Shown here in pieces: positions 13,001 to 26,114 of a DNA stretch of 64,000 nt; position 1 is the first letter of the stretch, and the number at the start of each line of letters is the position of its first letter. The DNA is from Paraspadella gotoi (lineage: Eukaryota; Animalia; Chaetognatha): the NCBI GenBank assembly GCA_051294375.1, contig CM119265.1, forward strand, positions 28,978,540 through 29,042,539, read 5' to 3'. Both the position numbers and the translations under genes were made by a program. The notes under the pieces were generated by a model. The model was not told the DNA's origin. It did not search any database and saw only the letters and a program-made list of their open reading frames with translations.

Positions 13001-16000
13001 TAGATTAAATACTAAATCCTTCATAAAATATAAAAATAGAAAATAGTGAAACAAGTAATTTGCAAATTTTCATAATCATTTCTGTATCCTTTTTTTTTTT
13101 AAATCTTTGCTTCTCTTGAGGGTGAGATGAAAGTTAGGAGTTAGAGGCTTTGCAAGTAATTGATCATTTTCATTTCTAAACCTTAATTAGTTATAATTTT
13201 GTCATAATTTTAATGAGTTTACTTTTAAAAAGTTCAAACATATTTCTACATATATATTTTTTTCCTCTCTGGTTGCCTGGAGATTTCAAATGGAAGAAGA
13301 TGCCCTCAACAAAGGCGATTCCCAGTTCGACGCATCTTCTCAGGAAACGGACATGACTTACTTTGGCGACATATTTTCTGCCAAACCGGATGTCCCTTTG
13401 GAAGCTTGTGGGTCCGGTGAGAGCGGCTTTGAGGGCTACATCAAAATCGGTGGGGAATGCAAGTGTCCCAAGTCCTATCGGAGACCCATCGTGGTCAAAC
13501 CCCGAGACGATGAGATCCCAAGCAAACCAGACTCACAGAATCAGAAGAACGAAAACTGTATGCTGTTGGAGAGCTACTCAGCTATGAGTCTGGAGATTTC
13601 TCCATCTCAAGTAGACTTGGCCGTGAGACAGGTTCTTCTCAGGCGTCTTTCTTCAGCTAGTCTGATGGACTTAGATGATTTTGGCTTCGCTTTTAACAAA
13701 GAATCTTGGGAATTTTCCAAAATTATCGAAAAGGATGAACCGAACAGAGAATTTTTGGAGAAAACAATCCATGTTCCAGAATTACAAAACCTCATTCCGT
13801 GCAACGAGTTAAGAAGCTGCAAAGCTAATCACATGCTGAAGGTTTGGACATGTTCCAACGCTGGCGTTGTTGATTACTTGGAAGCCAATTGTTGTCCCAA
13901 TACCTCCACCTGCTTGAGCTGCAGCGAGTTGGGTCTTGCAAAAGAACCCTTGTCAGTCCATCCAATGGATGAGACAGTTCCAAACACATTACAAAGAAAT
14001 GAGCAGGATGAAAAACAATTTAGCAAAGGTCTTTATCTGCAAGAGAGTTCACTATTAGTCTCAGAGACGAAAAAACTGAGCAATTATTCCTATCCTGTTG
14101 TTGAGAGCGAAACTCCTAATATTACTTTACAGTTTCATGCGACTTTAAATTCTCCTGTTGATAAAAAGGCTAGTGATGATGATGATGATGATGATGAATT
14201 TCATTCTGCATTGCGGAAAGATAATGAATGTATGGGTCCAGAACAGGAAACGCAAAATGTATCTCAGAAGTTGACCAAATGCAATGTTCAAATCATTGAC
14301 AAGCAGATAACTCCTAAGCCAAAATCTGTCCATGCAAGCTTTACTCCAACCAACCAAGGAAAAACTGAAACTGACATATGCGATGACATCTCAGTTGCAA
14401 AAGATTCTGAAGCGACTCCCTCACTAATTGTATTGGAAAATTATTTTGAAGAAAAAGAAACTAGTGGCAGTGTAATTGAAAATGAAGAACATGCTACGAA
14501 AGTTGATGCAAAGAAAATGATTAACTTAGAAAATAAAGAAAAACAAGTCGAACATGCTAAAGAAATGGTAACATATAAAGAAAGTGCAACAAGTTTATTA
14601 GTTGATAGCAACAAGTTAAATTCAGAATACAAAGAATTTATATTGATGAATCCAATTATGGAAATGAACTCCAACCTTTATCCTACGACTACAAATGAAT
14701 CAAAAATTGAAAAAGATACCATTAGTCAAAATGAATGGAAAGATTTTGAATCGGGTGATGACCCAAATATTATTTGCAGAGAAAATAAAGACAAAACGGA
14801 AGACTATGTTTCTCACTTTTATGATCCCGATGAACAATTTTCCGACCATCAGAGAACAAGAAGAGATTGCGATTGTCACGACATTCATGGTATCAGTGGA
14901 ATAAGAACCACATACATGCGTGAACGAAATAAGCGTCACTTTGACAAGTTCATTACTCCAGTTAAAGACGAGTCTGAAATTCCTGCTACACTTGCTTTGT
15001 CAAATCCAGAGTTTAGAGCTGAATTAACTGATGTGTTAAACTCTGATGAATCAAAAGCTAATCGTTTTGAGAGAAGCATCGAAGATGTTATACCCGAGAG
15101 AGTACTTTCAAATGCTGAGAAATTATTGATGGAGCAAGAAGAAGAAGCAAATGAGAAATCATCATCACCAGTTCCATCAATTCCCTCGAATGATATGAGT
15201 GGTAGCAAAATTGTCACGGATGAAGTGACAGAAACTGATAATCTTCCTCAACCTCAAAATGTTTCATCTTTGGAAGATATCAGTTCAACAGTCACCCATA
15301 TCAAAATCCTTGATGGAGAAGGCCATCAATTACAAATTCTTTCTTGCAATTTCGAATCCCCAGTAAATGAAGAAATAAAAGACATTCAAGAAGCGAGTTT
15401 CAATACTGATGATACAAACGCAGCAAAGAAAATTCTGAGTTGCTCCAACATGCTTAGTGATTTCCAGGAAAGTTGTATTCTAAAAGAAACATCTGACGAT
15501 TCACTGAATTCCTCACTGCTGGACACAAGTGTTTGTCTCTTCAATCAGTCTGATATTATTTCCCTAACAGAATATTCTTTCTCTGAAAAACAAACAGAAA
15601 TCATTCCTGATCCAAGTCCCAGTACTTTTGACGACAAAAGCCAAAAGTTTTTGACTGGAACCACAGTGCAAAAAGCATTCCTTAGTGATAAAGATGAATT
15701 TACTAGTTCAATGTTGTCGGGAGTTTCGAATGACAGTACTAATATTTTTACTGACAAAATGTATAATGAATTGAGTAATGGGCCAGAAGCGATGGCTCAA
15801 GAATTGAATAATGAAGCTCATCAAATTGTCGATGAATCAGAAACTGTTGACTTCACTTGGAAAAAATCCGTGCAAGAAGCTCAATGCTGTGCTGTTATTA
15901 ATACGCAGGAAGAAATTTCTCGTCAGGGTGAGTTGTATTCAAAAACCAACTTTATAGAGAAAAAGGAAATCAGTAAAAAAGACACATTATCAGAGATTAA

Positions 16001-17259
16001 AAAAAGTCGAGTTGAGATTATAGAAAATGCTTTATTGCGGCACATTGATGAAAGTGAAGATGATGAGGAAAAGATTGAGAATCTTCTTGATTTATCTCCA
16101 AATGTTGAAGAACTCGGTCAACTAGATTCGAATAGGAAAGAAAATCCGATGGGTTTGGAGAATTGCGGTGAACCAGACTTGGGAGAACTTGATATTAATT
16201 TGACGAGCGATAAAGTTGTGGACAGTTTCGGCGTCATCTATGAAAAGGGAATCAAAACGATGACGAAGCCACAAAGTCTCGGTCCAAATCTCAGCCTCGT
16301 TTCCGTAAAGTTTGAAACGACGGGCGACGCCAATGGGGAATCCAAGGACGGAGTTGGACCCAACGTTGTATTTGAAAAAACTGTGAAGACAACGAAGCCC
16401 GAGACTCTCTCGTCGATCGTTGGTTTGAAGACGATCAAGCCAGAGTCGATTCCCAAGTCTTTGCCGACGGTGAGAGTTTGTCAGGCGGTGGCCGATGACG
16501 AGGACGCTCCTCCTCACTTTGGCTTTGAGCGAGGATCCCGTTATGATTCACACGAGGCGAAACGGGATGTGATTTTGGTATCCAAATCTGGTTGGGTGGA
16601 GAAAGAAGACGTCAAAATTACTGGTGAGTAAAGATGACCTGGAAGAGAGCGGGGTTTGCCAAGTATTTCTGCGACCCATGAATGGTTTATAAAGTGCATC
16701 TAAGAAATTTTGATGACTTTAACTTTAACAACTTTTTTTCCACAAAATTTGGACAGAAATTCCTCGTGACGAAGATGATTCGATTCGAAGCGAAGATTCT
16801 GATGTAGAAACTTCCCTTTCTTTGGCCAGAGTTGGGCAGATGGAAGGCGCCGATACTTACTCGACTCACCGCATCAAAGGTAAGTTTGTCTTGTTATTAC
16901 ATTGAAAGGTAAAGTGTTTGACAGAATCAAATAAAAAAAAATTTAAAAGTGGCGAACGATTATTTTAAAATCAATAATCTAAAGTAATTGTGAAAATTTC
17001 AAAAGTACTTGTTAAACTATCTTAATGTTTTAGACTTCAAAATATCTAATATTTGATTAATATTAGTATTTGATATCTTTTATCCATTTTTCTTTTCTAT
17101 ATTTAGTCTTTAAGGTATTTATAAAATGTCACGATTTAATTCATTTAAGGTCTTTTGTGGTCGAACAAATATCGGAAGAAAAACGCAGTCAGAGTAAAAA
17201 GAAACGAAAATTGGAATTCGCTACAAAAGGATGAGGAAGAGGAAGAGCAGGGGGAATCG
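7294..17259 (+). CDS. Large multi-exon protein: N-terminal ricin-B/beta-trefoil-like domain, Gly/Ala-rich region, 33-aa repeats, long acidic disordered region. Exons 7294-7355, 7990-8119, (8192-8305?), 8497-8582, 9071-9184, 9758-9823, 10498-10624, 11036-12920, 13283-16623, 16757-16879, 17150-17259
   Basis: Phase-consistent GT-AG joins from 8497 to 11036 give ...DWYLEQNQFILRCHSTGRDLE|DYEG...YQRWRYEKKSIINVGTGKAITL|...KWKPGNIDQ|QWMIM...|GAQKQIF (QxW-like motifs). ORFs of 630 and 1113 aa form the two big exons. The 8119-8497 junction is unresolved; the 12920 junction needs a GC donor. Confidence 0.7.
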
Positions 17260-17536
17260 GTAAGGATGAGGAAGAGGAAGAGGAGGCGGCATAGGTAAGT
17301 TGATTGAGTTGGAAATCGTCAATTTTAGCAAAAAGTAAATAATAATCTTGAGAAGTAATCAATTATAGAAGTGGAGAAGATTAAGAGAGTAAGAAAAAGA
17401 GAGAGTAAGAGAGAGAGATATAGAGAGAGAGAGAGAAAGAGAGAAAGTGTAAGAGAGAGANNNNNNNNNNGAGAGAGAGAGTGCGCGTTAACTTCACTCA
17501 TTCCCCCTTGTCCCATCCCATCCCATCCCACCTCAG

Positions 17537-18747
17537 GCCCCTTCCAACCCATTTGGCGGCGGCGGCGGTTTCCCCGACTTTACCAGCCTGGCCAATCAGG
17601 CTAAAGATCAGGCGGATCAGGCAACGGCCCGGGCGAAAGAGGAGGCGGACAAGATGGCGGAAAAAGCAAAGAATCAGGCGGAAGAAGCCGCTAATCAAGC
17701 GCAAGAAAAAGCTAATCAGGCGGTCGATCAGGCGAAAGCGAAGGCGGCGACCGAAATGGGAGGAAGGATTCAACCGTTGGGATCCGATTTTGATGAAGAG
17801 GTGACGGACGACCGGGGGATTTAGGAAAAAGTGGAAAACTGTTGAGTTTAATTTTATCTTCTTGACCTTATTGCGCTTCGTTGCACCTCCCGCTCTCTCT
17901 CCCTTCTTCTGCCTCTCTCCATCTCTCCCTCCTCCCCTCTCCTCCCTCCCTCTCTCTCTTCCATTCTCCTCTCTCTCTCCCTCTCTCTCCTCCTCCCTAA
18001 TTCCCTCTCCCATCTCTCTCCTTTTTCTCTCCCTCTCTCCAATCTCTCCTCTCTCCCTCTCTCTCCTCATTCCTTCTCCCGCTCTCTCTTTCTTCTTTCT
18101 CCCTCTCTCTCCTCCTTCCCTCTCCCACTCTCTCTCCCTCTCTCCCTCTCTCTCCCCTTCCCTCCTTCCCTCTCCCACCTCTCTCTCCTTCTCCTCCCTC
18201 TCTCCATCTCTTCCTCTCTCCTCTCTCTCCTCCTTCCTTCTCCCGCTCTCTCTCCTTTCTCCTCCCGCTCTCCATCTCTTCCTCTCTCCCTCTCTCTTCC
18301 TCTCCTTCTCCCGCTCTCTGCTCCTCTCTCCCTCTCTCTCCTCCTTCCCTCCTTCCTCTCCCACTCTTCTCCCTTCTCCTCCCTCTCTCCATCTCTTCCT
18401 CTCTCCCTCTCCTCCCTCTTCCTTCTCCCGCGCTTCTTCTCCCTTCTCCTTTCTTCCTCTCTTCCCCCTCTCCCTCGCTCCTCTCCCTCTCACAGGTAAA
18501 CCGATTCCGCCGCGGTTCATTCCTCGACGGCAACTGGGCTTTGCTCATGGCGGCGGGTGCAACTCTAGCAGCCGCCGTCTTCATGGTGGCGATCCGTTCC
18601 GGTTGCCAAGGGGCGGGGGCGTGCCGTTCCGGCATCTCGCCGCGACGGATGTTCGTAAGGGCGACGCCGGGATGTGACACTTGCGTGAGACAGAGAGTGA
18701 GAGCGTCCAGTTGTGATATCGATATGGAATGTAAAGAAATGAATTAA
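17537..18747 (+). CDS. LEA-like amphipathic repeat exon (17537-17800) plus terminal exon with a hydrophobic helix (18496-18747); possibly the 3' end of the upstream large gene
   Basis: APSNPFGGGGGFPDFTSLANQAKDQADQATARAKEEADKMAEKAKNQAEEAANQAQEKANQAVDQAKAKAA...DEE|VNRFRRGSFLDGNWALLMAAGATLAAAVFMVAIR...; phase-0 splice sites with polypyrimidine tracts. An N-gap at 17461-17470 lies between this and the upstream exons. Confidence 0.7.
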
Positions 18748-19082
18748 AAATGTGAATCCTTTTTTTTTCTTGGTGGAATAAGTTACTTTTATTAAAAATT
18801 TTAAAAAAATAAACAAAGATTGCTTTTTATTTCTAAAATTTATTTAATTATTTATTTATTTATTTCTAAAATCTTGGTCGTACATATAGGAGGATTTTAA
18901 CAGGTAACGCTGTGAGCGAGCCAGTGTGTTCTAACTTGCTATTTTTTTATATTAATTGAAAGTTGAAGCAAGTCGAAGAGAGAATATTTCCAAATATAAA
19001 AGCTATACCAGCTACACATTTTTAATATTCGTTCTCAAGTCTCAAGTATTTAGCAGCGTCTATCCAATACAGGAGATCCACC

Positions 19083-19138
<56 letters not shown>

Positions 19139-19205
19139 GCGTGCTGAAAAGTTTAGAGCGAATCATAAAAACACACGTGGACGAATGCAGGACAAGCTTG
19201 AACTG

Positions 19206-19275
<70 letters not shown>

Positions 19276-19624
19276 ATTTGAAAATTACTTGTTTCACTAT
19301 TTTCTAGTTTTATATTTTATGAAGGATTTAGTATTTAATCTATATTATTTAAACAAAAATATATTTATTGGTATATGTATAATATACATTGTATATGATA
19401 TATGTAATATACAATATGTAAATTCACCATTGCAGCAAAATAATATACTTTCAATTCATTATTTTGTCAGTTTTCATTTATTTAAACTAAAAAATGTAAA
19501 AAACATCGAAATTATTCTACCAACTGACATAAGCTTTGCTTATGTAGCTATTATTTAGATATATTTACAAATGACAACTCTCCCTCATTGAGATTCTTAT
19601 TTTGTACATCATAAGTTGTACAAT

Positions 19625-20235
19625 AAACAAGTTTGAGCAAACAATGTTGGATCGGCCCACGATCATTAACGGTAATTAATTAATTAATTAATCAATTAAA
19701 TTAATAATTAATTAATTAATTAATTAATAATTAATACAAACTATATAAACTAAAATAATAATTTAATTAATAAATTAATTAATTTGATCCGAAATATTTG
19801 TTTTTAGGTCTTTTCGTCACTGATCACGACAAAAGCTACGACGACGATGATGGCGATGACGACAATAATGCCGATAACGATTGACTTGATTGAATAATTG
19901 GTTAAATAATTAATTAATTTATAAATAAATTGATTGATTGAATAATTATTAAATTACTTAATAAATTGATTGATTGAATAATTAATTAATTGATCAATTG
20001 ACCGATTAATTATTTAATAATTAATTGAATAATTGATTGATTAACTGATCAATTCTTTGATTAATTAATACATCTTGAATTTACATTTAATATAAAAAAA
20101 GAAGCATAATCAATTAGTGAAACAGGTTTTTTTGTTTTTTCCATTTAAACTCATTTCCACTCAGACAATTCCATCGAAACTTGATTTCCAGCTTAATCAC
20201 ACAGTTTCCTACCCACATACAAAATTTCAATTTTA
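19625..20235. mobile_element. Helentron/HINE-like non-autonomous repeat, partial copy
   Basis: Terminal motif aaacaagtttgagcaaacaatgt(t/c)ggatc shared with 25907, 26394 and 61267, and on the reverse strand with 46150, 52290 and 63725. Confidence 0.65.
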
Positions 20236-20458
20236 ATTATAAATAGTAATGTGTTTATCTATTGTGATCTATGAGATTTCTTTGTGGAGTGGTTCTAAAG
20301 ATATTTTCTAAAACTTAAATGCGAAATGTTGAGAGAAGAAAATTTTGAATATTGTTTACAAACAATGATTTTATTATAGAAACAAACAACAAATGTTTTG
20401 AGTTCAATGTAAGCTTTTATCAGTATTTACACAACTAACGTCATAGGATAATAACACT

Positions 20459-20565
20459 TTAATGGGAACAGGCTTCAACATCAGAATCAATATCAACATC
20501 TATAAAACCGTGCAATTCCAAACTTTCGTCATTTTCGCTCGGGTTTGGAGAGGACGGTGCAGTGA
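20459..20565 (-). CDS. Putative acidic terminal exon (xTAPSSPNPSENDESLELHGFIDVDIDSDVEACSH*)
   Basis: Preceded by a ttttag acceptor on the minus strand; acidic D-V-E tail resembles the small-gene family. Upstream exons are obscured by the gap at 20642. Confidence 0.35.
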
Positions 20566-21624
20566 CTAAAAATATTGTTTTAATAATTGCGTTTATTAAT
20601 TTTTTTATTTGTAAAAGTGGAGAGAGAGAGAGAGAGAGAGANNNNNNNNNNGAGAGAGAGAGAAAGAGAGAATGAGAAAGAATGAATTGGTTAAGTTTGT
20701 GTTTTCTTTTCCAGAGAAATCGTTTAAATGATTTAAAACAAAATCATTTTCGACGGTCAGAAGTTGCTGTAATGTTTATTTCGGTGGTTGTTTCTCCTTT
20801 TTCTTTTTTCTCCATTGTTTTCTTTTGTTGCTACGTTGTTATTTTGTTGATTTTTTGACGAAGCAAAGTACGGAATTAGAATCTCGGTGATAGTAGGGTC
20901 AAAAGTTTTGACTCAAAACCAGAACTATACTAACTTATGATCAATAATATTTGGGCATCAAATAACCGAGAGACTCTCTTGTAACTATTAAAAATTTAAC
21001 AGTCATCATTCAGGTAAGACTATCAGTGTATTTTGATGCAAGTACAATAGTATTCCTCAATCAAATACTTAGAGCAGTGATGATTTTATACCATTGAAAC
21101 AGTTAATTGAAACATTTTAGCACTTTGGAAACGCCTGGTTGTTCCATAACTGAAGCAAGCTGCCGGTGTAATTACAGACTCATTCAGGAATTTAGAGCAA
21201 ATGATAAATATAAACGTAGAGGAATTCAGCACAAGCTTGAACTGTATTAGAAATCGTGCATGAGAAAGAGAGATAGAGAGGGAGAGAGAAAGAGAGAGAA
21301 TTTATTGGGACTCAAGCGTTTACTTTTTGAAGTCTTTAATAGATATATACAATATGTAATGTACAATATGTAATATACAATATGTAAATTCACCATTACA
21401 GCAAAATAATATACTTTCAATTCGTTAATTTGTCAGTTTTCATTTTTTTAAAAGAAGTTGCCTTAAACTAAAACGTGTTAATGACTTCGAAATTATTTTA
21501 CCAACTGACATAAGCTTTGCTTATGTAGTTATTATTTAGGTATATTTACAAATGACATTTCTCTTTCATTGAAATTCTGATTTTGTACAAAGTACATCAT
21601 AAGTTGTACAATAAAAATGTTTTT

Positions 21625-22218
21625 CTAATTGAAAAGAGTAAAAAGTCTATTGAGTAGACGCAAGGACCTTTTATCAGTTGGAGTTCCGCAATGTTTTCCA
21701 GAGACAAAACCAGTAACAGAAGCATTAGAGAAATTTGGTGTCAAATTCTCAAAGTGTTTGCATGAATCATCACCAAATTGGAAACCTAATTTTATTTAAA
21801 GAATTAATTTTGTGATTCATATGTGTTGGAAGGATTTGGAGAAAAAAGTATAAGGAGGGTAAGCAAATATATATTAAATAATCAATAATTAAATATTAAT
21901 GAAAATGTAAATATACAATGTAAATATGTAAATATATATTGTATGTGCTATTAAAAATGGAGCTAAAATAATTAGGATTGATAACGATGAATAATAGAAT
22001 TAAAATAAAATAAAATAAAATTACAATGCAAAAAAATGTAAAGTAAATCCCTCATATGATATACAATTATTGAAAAATGTAACTTACCAAAACATTGGGT
22101 AGAGTTTTCATTTTTTTCAATGCAGCTTTTTCGACATTTTTTTAACGTATTTTCATTTTCTTGCACAGTTGAATTTCCTGTCTCCATTTTTGTGTCAATT
22201 CGTTCATCGCCACATCTA

Positions 22219-22278
<60 letters not shown>

Positions 22279-24882
22279 ACTCATAACTTGAAAGATATAG
22301 TATTATATTATATTTCTTTCATTAATTATATATTTAGAGTTTAAATATGTTTTGATAACCAACTTTTTTTGTTCTGATGGGACACATTTTATTCCTGATC
22401 TGTAGAGGCTCGTGCCATTGACAAAGACAGGGGTATAACCCGTAAAGAGTCTACAATTCTTGACATGAAATTGAAAACCTGTAATAGATTAATAGATGAA
22501 CAGATTAATATAGTAATAGATAAATATATTAATAGATTGATAGATTAATAGAGAAATAGATTAATATATTATAGATTAATAGAGTAATATTCTGGTGATC
22601 CTATCACCACAGATCGATTAAAGCTGTTTCTTTCGCAGCGCCTCAGTGGCTCAGTGGACTAAAGCACCATCCCAATGTGCGTCCCTGGTTCGAGCCCTGA
22701 GGCATGGGCCTACTGCCAGATCCAAAGCTCTGGACTACATGAACATGCTGTCTCGCTGTCGCCACGAGGTGACTCCGCTGCGGGTGTGGCGCCCTGTAAA
22801 ACCAGCCTCTTCAATATATTAATAGATTAATGGATTAATAGATTAATATATTAAGGTTGCATTCGGTTTTTAAAAGGTTTTATTGTGAAGAGACAAAAGA
22901 ACCGTTCAACATAAACAGTCCTTGAGCTTCGGATGAGGATGTAACACAATGTTACAGTCGGGTTTAGAGTCCCGTCCCTCTTAACTTCTAGGCGGCCACC
23001 GGGCGAGAACCCCGGACCTTTGGGTTATTCGACCGCGGTGAACGGTTGGTGGATTTTAAGTCACCAAGTTGTAATATCAAAGTTATGACAATATTTTTTA
23101 AAAATATTTCTCATAAACTGTCTTATAAGTGAGAATGAAATTTAAGTTCATAAACGATAGTCAATTTTCTTAGAACTACTAAAAGTGAAGTAAAAAAAAA
23201 TATTTTTTTTTCAAATTGTCAGCTTGTCTCACCAGGTTTTAATACATACCAAAACATTTCCAACTTCCCTTCTTATTTTTCATGCATTTATCTCGACATT
23301 GGCTTAAAGTCGTCAGATTTTTTTGACGATTACTTTCTCCTTCAAGTTTCTTTCCATCTCGTTCATCGCTACACCTGAGAATAGAATAGAGAGAGATATT
23401 TAAATTATTGTTAAAAGTTTATATTTAGATACTTCTTGTTTTTTTATCAATATTTTTTGTCCTAGCTTAATTACTTAGGATTGTTAACAGGCTAAAAAAA
23501 AATCAGAAAATAGGAATTTAAGCTGTTTTGAGATTCAAGGAAAAATTATCGGTTAATAAAGTTAAAAGGGCATTACTCGATAATTTAAAAATTCAATCCA
23601 TACTATTTTTTTAATATAATTTTTACTTTATTTGAACCAATTTCATTAGTAGAAAAGTTAACTTTGTTTGTTATTTCTTACTCTGGTATTTCTGATGCCA
23701 TACATTTGATCCCTGATCTGTAGGTTGGGATATCATTTTTGAATTTGGGTTCAGTTTTCGTAAAATGTCTGCATTTTTTGACTCGAAATTGAAAACCTGT
23801 CATAAATAACGTTTAATGTATAAGGGGAATGAAAATTAAAAGAGGAAAAAAGGCACTATTTTACAAAAGCGCCCGATTTCTGTTCTTAATCTATGAACAT
23901 TACCCTAAAACCTGCTCATTAACCTCAATCCAAGACCAAATCTCCGAACAAATTACTATCTTAACCTATAATTTAATTGAAATGGGACACTTTCCAGAGA
24001 AATGTTCATTATTTTATAAAATTGTAATCGAAAAAAAAAGGAAATTAAATAACACATTAAACAAATAAAGGTTGTAAAAAATAAAAGTTTGAAAAAAAAT
24101 TATTGAATTACGACTCACCGAAACATTTGGAATCACCCGTCGTTTTATTCATGCATCCTTTTCGGCATTTGTACAGAGTTTTAAGGTCACCCTGTACTTC
24201 GCCTTTGCCCTTAAGTCTTTTGCCATTTCTTTCTTTTCCGCATCTGAATAAAAATTAAATATTTTGATGATGATAAAACAATTACAAAGAGCCAGTCTCG
24301 AACTCTCAACATCGTTTAAAATTATTTCAATTTTTAGTCGGATCTGACTCTGTAATTCGTCGGTCCGTCGGTCCCACCCCAAAATCTTGTCGGTAAATAT
24401 TTTTTATCATTGTGTATAGACTTTCTTTTCGTTGTTGTTATACAATTTTTATCATATCAGAACATCGAATTATGATAAATTATGCAAAAAAAAAATGATG
24501 TCCATCCGTTCGTCTGTCTGTCTGTCTGTCTGTCTGAAGGTCCGTCCCACCTTTTCATTAAACTCTAATTACTCGTGATTGGTTAGATGGATTGGAATGA
24601 AATTTTGTGAGTGTGTATGTGAAATCGTGCTAGTGGAAATGTGTTTAAATGGAAAAAAAAAACAAAAGTCATATTTAGTATTGTTAATCATTAATCTTAT
24701 ATTGAATGATAATTGGATAGATAAATTGAAATTAAATTTTGTGTGTCGGTAGGAAAGTATGTAATAAAGCTGGATATAAATTTTTGATGGAATCATAGGA
24801 GTGGAAAAGAGTTTAAATTATAAAACCAAAGGACACATTTATTTGTATTTTTAAAAGTCTCCCTCTCTCTATCTCTTTCTGG

Positions 24883-24913
<31 letters not shown>

Positions 24914-25728
24914 ATTGATTGATCGTATGATTTATTGATTAACCAAATTATTTAAATGACCAAATTCTACAAGTTGACCAAATTATGCCAGTTCATAAAA
25001 TTATACCAGTTTACCAAATTATGCCAGTTTACCAAATTATGCCAATTGACTAAATTATGCCAGTTGACCAAATTATGCAAATTGAACAAGTTATAAAAAA
25101 ATACTAAATTATGCAAGTTGACTAAATTATGCAAGTTGATATTGGTGCAGCTACTGGTAATGATTGATAGATCAATTGATTTATATATTTTTTTCGTGGA
25201 TTTATTAAAGAGTTTGTTATGATTTATTTTGTTACGTGTTTTGATCTGCTAAGATCACAAATTGAAAGTAAGAAAATATTACCATAATTTATCATTGGAT
25301 TAGCTTATTACCGCTTAATTATCGTTTAAATATTCGTTTTTTTGTGTGTTTTTCTGCTTTGTATGTTTTCTTAGAATTTAAGAGTTTAACATATGATAAT
25401 AAAAAGTTTAATCTAGAGACTGGTTTTTTATATATTAAATATAATGTTCAATAACAAAACTACTCAAAGCGGCTTTAGTTGCAAAAATAAAGATTTTAGG
25501 AAAGAGATATATAAAAAGAAATATATAAAGAGCTACATCTCAAAACTCATAATAATTATAAGTTAAACAAAACATTTAATTTATAGTGGACACAAATATG
25601 TAACAAAATTATTTGTTAATAAAAATTATAATTACTCACTCTTGATTTGACTTAGCTGATACCAAAGTAATGACGACAATGAGACAAATAAAAATAAAAT
25701 ATAAAATTTGTCGAACCAAATTCTTCAT
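21625..25728 (-). CDS. Secreted protein with three tandem PAN/apple-like domains; exons 25728-25640, 24243-24119, 23796-23682, 23374-23250, 22478-22364, 22215-22088, 21785-21625
   Basis: Signal peptide MKNLVRQILYFIFICLIVVITLVSA, then three repeats of C..ER...L..CR..C......CF|GFQF....C..F.....SG..C. All introns are GT-AG with alternating phases 2 and 1. Largely missed by the ORF track. Confidence 0.85.
22591..22813 (+). mobile_element. Solo LTR of a tRNA-containing TRIM (family 3)
   Basis: Starts TCTGG with hairpin tggtgatcctatcacca; tRNA-like region with A-box tggctcagtgg, B-box ggttcgagccc and gcctcag/ctgaggc acceptor-like stem; ends CTCTTCA; 4-bp flanks ATAT/ATAT. Confidence 0.7.
22886..23068 (-). 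mobile_element. Diverged, internally deleted solo LTR of TRIM family 1
   Basis: Colinear similarity to 32628-32861 (gaaccgttca...gagcttcggat...gaaccccggacctttg...gaacggttggtggatttt). Confidence 0.75.
24331..25330 (+). mobile_element. Helentron/HINE-like repeat with GTCC/GTCT microsatellite and 18-bp satellite
   Basis: Starts tttttagtcggatctgactctgtaatt...gtcggtccgtcggtcc; contains (gttgaccaaattatgcca)n. Confidence 0.65.
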
Positions 25729-26114
25729 CTTCTTGGTCTTCCTTTTTTCAAATAAACAGATTAAAAGTATTGCTAAAAAGATTTTTTTTAAATATAAAAT
25801 GTAACTATCGAAAAACTTAATTCGGTGTATATTGAATATAACTTTTATTACATTAGAAAAAAAAATTTAAACGGGCTCTTTTCTTTTCTCGTCTTCTGTA
25901 CAATAAAACAGGTTTGAGCAAACGACGCCTGATCTGAACGCATTAAGCGGTAAGCAGCATATCAGATGATAAATTTTGTTTTATTTAATACAACTCACAA
26001 ATAATATTTATAATATATAATTACTTATATATTATAAATTATAATTTATAACATCGCAGGAGATCAATGATTGCTTTTTTCACTTTTTTCCAACCCACAC
26101 ACAAAATTTTAGGT

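Noticed and set aside
22639-22704. Functional tRNA gene
   Set aside because: Anticodon arm and T-stem do not pair properly; it sits inside an LTR-like insertion with TSD.
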